A DNA stretch of 64,000 nucleotides from assembly GCA_963713045.1 (NCBI GenBank), contig CAVQKE010000003.1:160001-224000 (forward strand), given 5' to 3'. The DNA is from an uncultured delta proteobacterium (GTDB lineage Bacteria; Myxococcota; Myxococcia; Myxococcales; Myxococcaceae). This document shows, one piece after another, positions 28,812-36,045 of this stretch (positions are counted from its first letter, which is position 1; the number at the start of each line of letters is the position of its first letter). A model generated the notes under the pieces. The model was not told the DNA's origin. It saw only the letters and a program-made list of their open reading frames with translations, and searched no databases. A program made the translations under genes and the position numbers.

Positions 28812-29074
28812 TTTTTTCGAAGCACCGACCGCACCGCTTCAAGGTCCAGAGCCTGCTCGGCGACGAGCTTCTTCAAGCGGGCGTTCTCCGCCTCGAGCTC
28901 TTTGAGCCGCTTGGCGTCCGAAACGTCCATCCCGCCGTACTTGGACTTCCATCGGTAAAAGGTCGCCTCGGCGACGCCCAGCCGCCGGCAAACGTCCGCT
29001 GCGGTGGCGCCCGCGTCGACCTCCTGAAGCGCTCGAATGATCTGCTGCTCGGTGAACTGCGACTTCCTGGGCAT
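28805..29074 (-). CDS. IS3 transposase OrfA
   Basis: FTEQQIIRAL..VCRRLGVAEATFYRWKSKYGGMDVSDAKRLKELEAENARLKKLVAE. Confidence 0.93.
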   Translation of the reverse strand: MPRKSQFTEQQIIRALQEVDAGATAADVCRRLGVAEATFYRWKSKYGGMDVSDAKRLKELEAENARLKKLVAEQALDLEAVRSVLRKKW

Positions 29075-29140
29075 GACCGTCCTCCGTTTTGCATTGGAGG
29101 ACTCGCATTTCAAATGGTCCAGTTTTCGGGGGGCAGGTCA

Positions 29141-29266
29141 CCCCCACTCACTCCGCTCGACTCGCTGCGATGCACCCCTGCGTTTCCCGACCACCCTCTC
29201 GCAACCACGCAACTGAGAGGGTGGTCAGGAAACTTGGGGTGCACCACGAATGGGAGTGGGTGGGGG
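29141..29266. repeat. Long imperfect inverted repeat (hairpin)
   Basis: 29171-29200 pairs with 29215-29243; 29141-29154 pairs with 29253-29266. Confidence 0.85.
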
Positions 29267-29431
29267 AGGGGCGATTTCGAGTTTCAACAAGCAGCAGAAC
29301 CAGTCGGTGGGGTTTCGTCCGGGGGTGGCAAGAACATGCGTGACGTAGGTAAGCACAATACCAGGGCAGAAGTGAGCGGCAATGCGTCAGGAGCAAGGGC
29401 TATGCCTCAACGTGTCTGAAGGAGGACCGTC

Positions 29432-29878
29432 GTGCCAGATACACCGCCCGAACCATCCGGAGTGCCGGAAAAGGTCGTCGAGTTGTGGAGTGCAATAGTT
29501 CCTGGAGACCTCGGTCTGAAAGCTGGCTACTACCCGGACGGCGAAGGCGATTCGGTCTCCTTCAAGCCGCTGCTCGGCTGGATAACCGTAACCGCAAGGG
29601 GCCTTATTTCCGGAAACGTAAGCAATCAGTTTATCGGCGTGATCATGGGCCCCCTCTCGGTTCCCGTTCCCGCCACAATTGTGCCCGGCTACCTGGGGGT
29701 CTTTCCCAACAGCATGGCCCCGCACGAAGCTTGGGATTTCTCGGCACGCTGGCGCCCCCCCGCTACGGATGCCTCCGCGCCGCCTTCTCCCGCTGATGGG
29801 AGTAGCGGTGAGTCTGCGACCCAGAACACGGTTCAACGCCAGCACCTGCGTCTCCTTCCAACGCCCGAGAGCCCCTGA
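29432..29878 (+). CDS. Hypothetical protein
   Basis: GAAGGAGG RBS before GTG; ends 2 bp before hicA. Confidence 0.5.
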   Translation: MPDTPPEPSGVPEKVVELWSAIVPGDLGLKAGYYPDGEGDSVSFKPLLGWITVTARGLISGNVSNQFIGVIMGPLSVPVPATIVPGYLGVFPNSMAPHEAWDFSARWRPPATDASAPPSPADGSSGESATQNTVQRQHLRLLPTPESP

Positions 29879-29880
29879 AC

Positions 29881-30096
29881 GTGGGCGTATGGCCGAGTAA
29901 GAAGGCAAAGGTTGTACTGCGGGCACTGCTCAAGATTGGGTGGAGTGAGAAGCGTAACGAGGGCACGAGCCATCGCGTGCTTCAGCGCCCCGGGTTCGAG
30001 GACTACACGTGGGCTTTCCACGATGGCGTTGAAATCGGTCCGAAGATGATGGCGAAAATCGCCAAGAAAACGGGCCTTGTCCCCACAGACTTGTAG
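29881..30096 (+). CDS. hicA: Type II toxin, HicA family
   Basis: WPSKKAKVVLRALLKIGW..GTSHRVL..FHDGVEIGPKMMAKIAKKTGL. Confidence 0.88.
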   Translation: MGVWPSKKAKVVLRALLKIGWSEKRNEGTSHRVLQRPGFEDYTWAFHDGVEIGPKMMAKIAKKTGLVPTDL

Positions 30097-30126
30097 CCCG
30101 TCGGCGACCGTGGTTACGTTGACGTC

Positions 30127-30342
30127 ATGGAGTGGCTCATCCTGAGCGAAGAGGATGACGGCCGGTGGTTCGGAGAGGTCCCGAGCCTCCCGGGTGTCAT
30201 GGTCTACGGCGAGTCCCGCGAAGAGGCGGCCCGGCTGACGCTCGACCTGGCGCGGCGCGTTGTCGCGGACCGCATCGCTCACGGTGAGTCAGTGCCTGAA
30301 TTCCTCCGACAAGAGGGCGTTCTCGAGCAACGGGTCGCATAG
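30127..30342 (+). CDS. hicB: Type II antitoxin, HicB family (short)
   Basis: EEDDGRWFGEVPSLPGVMVYGESREEA. Confidence 0.88.
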   Translation: MEWLILSEEDDGRWFGEVPSLPGVMVYGESREEAARLTLDLARRVVADRIAHGESVPEFLRQEGVLEQRVA

Positions 30343-30427
30343 CCGTTCTCGCGGCTATTGGACGACCGAACGAAGTGTTTCCCCAGCCGGTGCCGCCTTG
30401 ACGCAGACACGATCCCGGCCAGGCTGG

Positions 30428-31063
30428 ATGAGCCGAGTACTGCGGTTTTTGCAACCCTCCCCAGGGAATCAGGTCCAGTTGGCCGAGCTTCGCCGCGGTC
30501 TTGCGAGGGCTCACCCGACGACAAGACCCGAGCTGGAGGCAGACCTTCGGCGTCTCTTCCCCCTGATTGTGCCGAGCGAGTATTTCAAACGTGCTTTCCC
30601 CGCACCTCACGATCCGCTTCCCAACGAACAGTTGGCGCTGACGTGGGTCCTCCTTCAGCCGACGACGATGCTTTATCTCACACCGGACGAAGCTCAGCGT
30701 TTTGACGCGCAGGGCTTCGCTTGGAAGGCCCGATCTTTCGAGAACCTCGAGAAGGCCGGCGGCGTCGCGACTAAAGAAAGTAGAAGTGCAACGGGCCAAT
30801 TGGCCTGGGTGGGAATGATGCACGGAGACGGGTTGGGTTCGTCCAGAGTGTTACTCGCCCCGAAGTGCAGCGTCTTATTCCCCGAAGGCTACTGGATTGC
30901 CCTTCCCGACCGAAGCTGCGGGATGGCCATCTCAAAGACGCTGGCAGCCGGTGAGCTCGAAGAAGTCAAAGAGATGGTCTCCCAGATGTTCCAAGGCGCG
31001 ACGACGCCGATGAGCGGCCGACTCCATGAACCTGCGCAGGTCGCAATTCCGAGGGAGAGCTAG
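30428..31063 (+). CDS. Hypothetical protein, weakly DUF1444-like
   Basis: ARSFENL, DGLGSSRVLL, IALPDR pattern; family call is tentative. Confidence 0.5.
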   Translation: MSRVLRFLQPSPGNQVQLAELRRGLARAHPTTRPELEADLRRLFPLIVPSEYFKRAFPAPHDPLPNEQLALTWVLLQPTTMLYLTPDEAQRFDAQGFAWKARSFENLEKAGGVATKESRSATGQLAWVGMMHGDGLGSSRVLLAPKCSVLFPEGYWIALPDRSCGMAISKTLAAGELEEVKEMVSQMFQGATTPMSGRLHEPAQVAIPRES

Positions 31064-31303
31064 TGTTCTCCCAACAAAGCCTGACCCCTCTACTCCGAAC
31101 ACTTCGTTTTCATCGCGCAGGACGACGTCAGTGGCGGCTCCTCCGGCTGGGCGACTTCATGTTGCGTCAGTGTTGCGCCAGACCAGCAAACTGAGTCCGA
31201 CGCGGAACTACGCAGCACAACGACCTCAATCTCGCTTCTAGTGATTTCAGCGCCTTGGACGCTAACTTCCGAAAGTCATTCGGACTTTTTCTTCCCGAGA
31301 CCG

Positions 31304-31325
31304 GGTTCGAATCCTAGTTCCCCAG
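31304..31325 (+). repeat. attR-like copy 1 of the tRNA-Gln 3' end
   Basis: GGTTCGAATCCTAGTTCCCCAG identical to 27822-27843. Confidence 0.95.
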
Positions 31326-31338
31326 TTCGAAAACTCAG

Positions 31339-31842
31339 TCACGGAGAATTCTTGATTTCGATTCGCAGTCCGTGAGGTCCCCTCACCTCGCTGGCGGCAC
31401 TGTCGGGCGTGTCGAGGTCTTCGACGGAGTGCATGGGTTCCGGTGCCATCCACGAGATGCGCCACCTCCCCGGCTCAACAATCGGCGAATCTTTGCTCGG
31501 GATGTCTCGTACGGTCCCGTCCGCGTTGTGATACCGAAAATGTCCAGTATGCCCACCGGTGTCCCAACTCACGTTGAGGCTCGGCCAGCGGTGATGATGC
31601 CACGGCACAGTCATGCCCGGTTCCACGGCGACTTGCAGCACTCGGACGAACGAATTCTCGAAAAGAACAAGATGACTCCTCGGTGCAGCTTGCACGGCGT
31701 CGAACCCGTCGGGGAAATCCGTCTTGGATCGCGCAGGGTAGTGCCAATGCCACCCGACGATCGCCAACGCGACTATCGTCGTCAGGATCATGGCTGACAC
31801 GAGTCCACGACAGGAGTGAAAAAAGGCTCGCGCTCGTTCCAT
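31339..31842 (-). CDS. Cupin-like protein with an N-terminal hydrophobic anchor
   Basis: DAVQAAPRSHLVLFENSFVRVL..PG..PWHHHRWPS, PEPMHSVE, RIEIK. Confidence 0.7.
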   Translation of the reverse strand: MERARAFFHSCRGLVSAMILTTIVALAIVGWHWHYPARSKTDFPDGFDAVQAAPRSHLVLFENSFVRVLQVAVEPGMTVPWHHHRWPSLNVSWDTGGHTGHFRYHNADGTVRDIPSKDSPIVEPGRWRISWMAPEPMHSVEDLDTPDSAASEVRGPHGLRIEIKNSP

Positions 31843-31953
31843 TGAACCGCTCCTGCGTGACGGCGGGACGTTGTTCCACCCTACAGCTACCGCATCGGTT
31901 GAGCTCTTCGCATCGAACAGGACGAGTGGAAGCTGCTGCCAACCTGAGCACCG

Positions 31954-31969
31954 TTGTGACGAACTTTGT
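31954..31969 (+). repeat. 16-bp intergenic motif, copy 1
   Basis: TTGTGACGAACTTTGT. Confidence 0.85.
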
Positions 31970-32091
31970 CCCATTGGCACTGCGAAGCGAGGGGGTCGGC
32001 GCGGGACGGGGCGGAATGGGTTGGACTCAAATGCGCGAAACGACGAGGGCGAGCCCGCTAAGCACGCGCTTTGCCTACTCTCTCGGCTAAT

Positions 32092-32111
32092 TTCGAATCC
32101 TAGTTCCCCAG
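32092..32111 (+). repeat. attR-like copy 2 of the tRNA-Gln 3' end
   Basis: TTCGAATCCTAGTTCCCCAG, 20 bp identical to the tRNA end. Confidence 0.95.
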
Positions 32112-32167
32112 TTTTCTGAATCGCTTGAATCCGGGTAGTGGACCCTCGATTTAGCCGGGCCAAGCCG

Positions 32168-32203
32168 GCCCAGGAGGATTCGAACTTCCGACCTTCGGAT
32201 TCG
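32168..32203 (-). pseudogene. 3' half of a tRNA, probably tRNA-Arg(ACG)
   Basis: Minus strand CGAATCCGAAGGTC-GGAAG-TTCGAAT-CCTCC-TGGGC: partial anticodon arm, variable loop AGGTC, T arm, part of acceptor; 5' half absent. Confidence 0.6.
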
Positions 32204-32208
32204 CCGCG

Positions 32209-32964
32209 CTAGTTGGGGTGATGCTCTTCTGCTGGCGTGCCGTCGGACCACTTCGGGACCGGGACAAAAAAGAGCGTCCACGGCATTCTACCTCCGCCAG
32301 GTAGATCTTCGCCTCCTCCGAAGACCGCGGACCCTTCGGGCAAATTCGCCCCCCACACCGAGCCGTTCATCTCGCCTGGCATGTAGAACATCAAATGCGG
32401 ATGCCAGTGGGTATCGGCATCGGTAAGGTACTGGCGCTTCGACATCATGTACGACATCGAGCCCACTTCCGGCGCACCAAACTCCTTCCTCGCAATCGAC
32501 GCTTTCATGCGAGCCAGGATCGCTTCCTTCGACAGCCCGGCGAGCGCGAGCTCCGTCAACCTGAACTCGACCGGCAGCGCGGAGCGCACGGCCGGGGCAT
32601 TCAGACACACAGGCCCGCGAATCTTTGGGTTCCAGTATCCGGGATCATCGAAGCCACTCGTCCAAGACCGGTCGACAAGGCAGACGAATCCATTCTTGCC
32701 CGCAACGGCCGTCTGGTACCCTTGGCGCGTGAGCACCATGACGGTTGCATCGGCTGATATCGTCGGCGGCGCGGCGCTCCGAGCAAGCGCGATCTCCGCG
32801 TCCCGGTCGGCGATGAGGTACTCCTCGAGCGGCGCCATTACCGGGTAAGCGACGCCCTTAGGCCGCGGCTCCGCGCCTGGCGTCTGGGCGTAGCTGACCG
32901 GCAGCGATGCGCCGACCGCAAATATCAGGATTGAGGCCATCAACAGCGGGCGCCACTTCGCCAC
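32209..32964 (-). CDS. Secreted hypothetical protein
   Basis: Signal peptide; EIALARSAAP..G.NGFVCLV.R..P.C.N..MSYMMS..HPHLMF conserved-looking pattern; AAGGGAGG RBS. Confidence 0.8.
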   Translation of the reverse strand: MAKWRPLLMASILIFAVGASLPVSYAQTPGAEPRPKGVAYPVMAPLEEYLIADRDAEIALARSAAPPTISADATVMVLTRQGYQTAVAGKNGFVCLVDRSWTSGFDDPGYWNPKIRGPVCLNAPAVRSALPVEFRLTELALAGLSKEAILARMKASIARKEFGAPEVGSMSYMMSKRQYLTDADTHWHPHLMFYMPGEMNGSVWGANLPEGSAVFGGGEDLPGGGRMPWTLFFVPVPKWSDGTPAEEHHPN

Positions 32965-33092
32965 GGCTTCCTCCCTTGTGATCCGTTACTCATTTCTACA
33001 CGGATTGATGTTCTTGGAACGGCCATCGGCGAGGAGTTGGCTCGCTGATGCCGTGGCACATCCCGCTTAGTCGCCGTGTCGGCGCAACCCTT

Positions 33093-33108
33093 TTGTGACG
33101 AAGTTTGT
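33093..33108 (+). repeat. 16-bp intergenic motif, copy 2
   Basis: TTGTGACGAAGTTTGT. Confidence 0.85.
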
Positions 33109-33192
33109 TTGGCAAGTCCAGCGTATGGCTCCTCTTCCGGAGAAGGAGACTCCGTTCAACGGTGAGAGCGTCGGCTCGCAAAACCGAGCGCC

Positions 33193-33837
33193 TCAAAGCT
33201 TGAGGAGCCTAAAGGCGTGGGTCCACTGGTTTCGGAGGAGCCCGGGAGCACACCAGAGTTGGCATAGCGGTTCGATAGCGCGAGCCGACTCGACCATCCC
33301 CATGTCCTCGGGCGCCCAGCCGAAGCGTCTAAGAATCTCCGCCACCTCCGCCTTCGCCCGGCTGTCATTGCCGCAAATGAACATGCTCGGCGGACCTCCG
33401 GGGAAGCTGGGGTTCACCATGAAGGCGGAGCCGACCGAGTTCCAGGCTTTGACAAAACGGGTTTCGGGGAAAGCCGCCTGGGACCGCTCCATCAGTGAGT
33501 CGTTGGGGCCCGTGAAGTAGCGAAGGACCCCGTTTTGAGGCGGCTCGTCGCCAATCGGGTTGGTGGTGTCAATCACCACCTTGCCTGCCAAGTTGGCCGC
33601 GCCCGCCTGTCCAAGCGCTTCCAGGGCGGCTTTTCCGTGCACGGCCAGGACAAGAATGACGCCGAAAGCGGCTGTTTCGGCGAAGGTTCCCGTCTCGAGT
33701 CCCTCCCGGACAGCGAACTCCTTGAGTTTAGACGGGTCGCGGCTGCCCACCTTGACGTCGAAAGCGTGCCTTTTGAAGCCCGCAGAGAGGACCTGCGCGA
33801 CCTGACCAGAACCCAAGACTCCCACACGTTTATCCAT
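33193..33837 (-). CDS. NADPH-dependent F420 reductase family oxidoreductase
   Basis: VGVLGSGQVA, GKVVIDTTNP, VKAWNSV, ICGND, DMG..SARAIEP. Confidence 0.9.
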   Translation of the reverse strand: MDKRVGVLGSGQVAQVLSAGFKRHAFDVKVGSRDPSKLKEFAVREGLETGTFAETAAFGVILVLAVHGKAALEALGQAGAANLAGKVVIDTTNPIGDEPPQNGVLRYFTGPNDSLMERSQAAFPETRFVKAWNSVGSAFMVNPSFPGGPPSMFICGNDSRAKAEVAEILRRFGWAPEDMGMVESARAIEPLCQLWCAPGLLRNQWTHAFRLLKL

Positions 33838-34223
33838 GGTTGTTCCTCCCCGAGCTCCACGCCATGATTGCTTTGAGCACGCACCGAAGCGCAAGGTGAG
33901 GGAACGGGCTCGTTGAAGTAGCGCGGCGCGGTCGCGGAGCAAGCGGCGCTGCACGGCCTCGACCACCTTGGAGACCCGAGGACACAAGCCGTCGTGAAGG
34001 AGTGGATTGCGCGTCGTCCCACGCTGGACGGAGACCTTTTCCAGTTCGCAGAGTCCTGCATGGTGTTCAAGGCTCGAGCTTCATGACACCCGCTTAATGC
34101 TGCCTCAATGTCTTGGAGAAATGGTCCCTGACGCGGCGGACCCACCATCACGCGGAGCGCTCGTGGCGGGCTGGCAGAGGCGTGGCATCACTCTCACCCG
34201 ATGAATCGCTAGTGCAGATGCTC

Positions 34224-34239
34224 TTGTGACGACGTTTGT
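34224..34239 (+). repeat. 16-bp intergenic motif, copy 3
   Basis: TTGTGACGACGTTTGT. Confidence 0.8.
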
Positions 34240-34257
34240 GCGATTAACAGCGCGACC

Positions 34258-34890
34258 TCACGGGTGCAGTTTCTCGTGCCTCGACAGCATCGCTACGAAC
34301 TTCTCAATGCGCTGAGCTCGTGTCAGCACTTTCTTTGCCGTATGTATGCGGAACAGGATGGCGTAGCGGTTGTACGATTCCAACGTTGCGAAGAAGCGGG
34401 CCGCGCGGGGGTTGGCTGCTAAGGCCTTCGCCAGGTCTGCAGGCACTCTCGCCCGGCTCGGGGAGTCGTAGGCAGCACGCCAGCGCCCATCGCGCTTGGC
34501 GCGCTCGACCTCCGATAGTCCCGGCGGGTGCATGTCACCCGCCTCGATCAGCGCCACGACTTTCTCGCGATTGATCTTCGACCAGATGCTCTTCGGCCCG
34601 CGCGGTGTGAACCTCTGGAGCCACCAAGCTTCGTCTAGCTGACGCTTTTGCCCGTCAATCCAGCCCCACGAGAGCGCGACTTTGAGAGCCTCGGTGTAGG
34701 TGACTGATTCCGAGTTCGTTCCCTTCTTCGCGATCCTCAGCCAAATTCCGCGCGATGACGCGTGATTCGAGCCCAGCCACGCGGACCAATCGCGGGGAGT
34801 TGCGAACGACAGTGTCGGCAGTCCCCCGTCTCTCGCCCCAAACCGCACTGCTGTTAGGCTCCCACCACGCGCCTTCCTGGTCTTTTTCAT
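34258..34890 (-). CDS. YdeI/OmpD-associated family protein
   Basis: WLGSNH..GIWL...KK, ALSWGWIDG, FTPR..SIWS.IN, VPADL..AL, TR..RI. Confidence 0.9.
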   Translation of the reverse strand: MKKTRKARGGSLTAVRFGARDGGLPTLSFATPRDWSAWLGSNHASSRGIWLRIAKKGTNSESVTYTEALKVALSWGWIDGQKRQLDEAWWLQRFTPRGPKSIWSKINREKVVALIEAGDMHPPGLSEVERAKRDGRWRAAYDSPSRARVPADLAKALAANPRAARFFATLESYNRYAILFRIHTAKKVLTRAQRIEKFVAMLSRHEKLHP

Positions 34891-35008
34891 TCGATTCCCT
34901 GCGCCTCGCCCTGAGCGGGGAAGCTGACCAAGAGAGACCTCGCGGATGCTCTTCGAAGAAATCGCCGAAAGGCTAAGACCGCCCGGAGAGTCGCTCTTGC
35001 AGATCCTT

Positions 35009-35024
35009 TGGTGACGAAGTTTGT
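35009..35024 (+). repeat. 16-bp intergenic motif, copy 4
   Basis: TGGTGACGAAGTTTGT. Confidence 0.85.
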
Positions 35025-35139
35025 GCCATCTGGCGATGCAAACGAGTGCATGGAACGCAGAGGAACGGGCCGGACTCGAATGTGCAAACAACCAGCTCGA
35101 TCGCACTCAGCACGCTATGTGCTTACCCCCTTCGCTAAT

Positions 35140-35158
35140 TTCGAATCCTAGTTTCCAG
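35140..35158 (+). repeat. attR-like copy 3 (degenerate) of the tRNA-Gln 3' end
   Basis: TTCGAATCCTAGTTTCCAG; shares the upstream GCTAAT with copy 2. Confidence 0.85.
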
Positions 35159-35229
35159 AAATAACCCAGCCGGCCACGCCGCGCCCCCGGACTTCTTTGA
35201 GCGGATCCCGGCTCTGCGGAGGATTCGCC

Positions 35230-36045
35230 CTAGCGCGGAGCGAAGAGCGCGTTCAGGTCGCCGTAGTTGAGGGAGCGCTCCATCAGCGGCGCCGAGGCCC
35301 CGGTGCTCAGGAACTCGGTGGCGAGCGAGGCGATTCGGCCGTACACCACCTGGCAGATGGAAGACCCGGCGCTGAGGCGCCGGACGCCGAGACTGGCGAG
35401 TTCGTCGGCAGCCGGCAGCCCCGCCCAAGCCAGCACGTTGAGCGGGAGCCGCTGGCCGGTGGCGATGGCGCGAATGTCGGCTGCATCGCTAACCCCCGGA
35501 GCGAAGAGTCCGTCGGCGCCCGCCGCCCGGTACCGCTCGGCGCGGGCCAGCGTCTCCGAGACCCGGCGGGCGGCCGCCACCAGGGCGCGCAAATAGACGT
35601 CGGTACGCGCATTGACGAAAAGGTCAGTTCCGAGGCGGGCGGCGCTGCGCTTGGCGGCCTCGATTTTGGCGCAAAGCAGGTCCGGTGGCGCGGTCCCATC
35701 CTCGAGATTGATGCCCACCGCGCCCGCCTGAATCACCCGGGCGACAGCCTCTCCCACGACCTCCGGATCGCCCGAGTAGCCGCCCTCGATGTCCACCGAA
35801 AGCGGGACCCGCACCACGCGGGCGATGGCCGAGGCCGTCGCCGCCAGGAGAGCGACCGGGAGGCGATCCCCGTCCGGATACCCGTGGGACCAGGCCACCG
35901 CGGCGCTGCTGGTGGCAATTGCCCGGGCTCCCTGGCTCTCGATTAGCCGGGCACTGCCGGCATCCCAGGCATTCGGAAGCAGGAGCAAACCGGAGTCGTG
36001 GAGACGGCGAAAGAGGCGTGCAGCTTCGGTGGCAGATTTAGTCAT
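35230..36045 (-). CDS. Isocitrate lyase/PEP mutase family protein
   Basis: LLPNAWDAGSA, ATSSAAVA, PLSVDIEGGY, GINLED, FVNARTD, AGADGLF. Confidence 0.9.
   Translation of the reverse strand: MTKSATEAARLFRRLHDSGLLLLPNAWDAGSARLIESQGARAIATSSAAVAWSHGYPDGDRLPVALLAATASAIARVVRVPLSVDIEGGYSGDPEVVGEAVARVIQAGAVGINLEDGTAPPDLLCAKIEAAKRSAARLGTDLFVNARTDVYLRALVAAARRVSETLARAERYRAAGADGLFAPGVSDAADIRAIATGQRLPLNVLAWAGLPAADELASLGVRRLSAGSSICQVVYGRIASLATEFLSTGASAPLMERSLNYGDLNALFAPR

Larger units (their letters stand above)
28346..29140 (-). mobile_element. Truncated IS3-family element (IS407-like)
   Basis: Left end TGACCTGCCCCCCGAAAACTGGACCA at 29140 (minus); orfA; A7 slip site at 28811-28817; orfB broken and cut; no right IR seen. 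Confidence 0.9.
27844..31325. mobile_element. Decayed tRNA-Gln-integrated islet, no integrase left
   Basis: Bounded by a 22-bp direct repeat of the tRNA 3' end; contains an IS remnant, hicAB and orphan ORFs. Confidence 0.75.

Noticed and set aside
33840..34220. Possible gene remnant between the F420-reductase-like gene and motif copy 3
   Set aside because: No frame gave a recognisable protein; left uncalled
31954..35024. 16-bp motif as a CRP site (begins TGTGA, and a CRP gene is in the window)
   Set aside because: Second half is TTGT, not TCACA; it is a direct repeat, not a palindrome. Another regulator is not excluded
27844..35158. Classical integron or prophage
   Set aside because: No intI, no attC with RYYYAAC/GTTRRRY ends, no phage structural or replication genes
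31304..35158. Additional functional tRNA genes
   Set aside because: Only 3' fragments; D arms and 5' acceptor strands are missing
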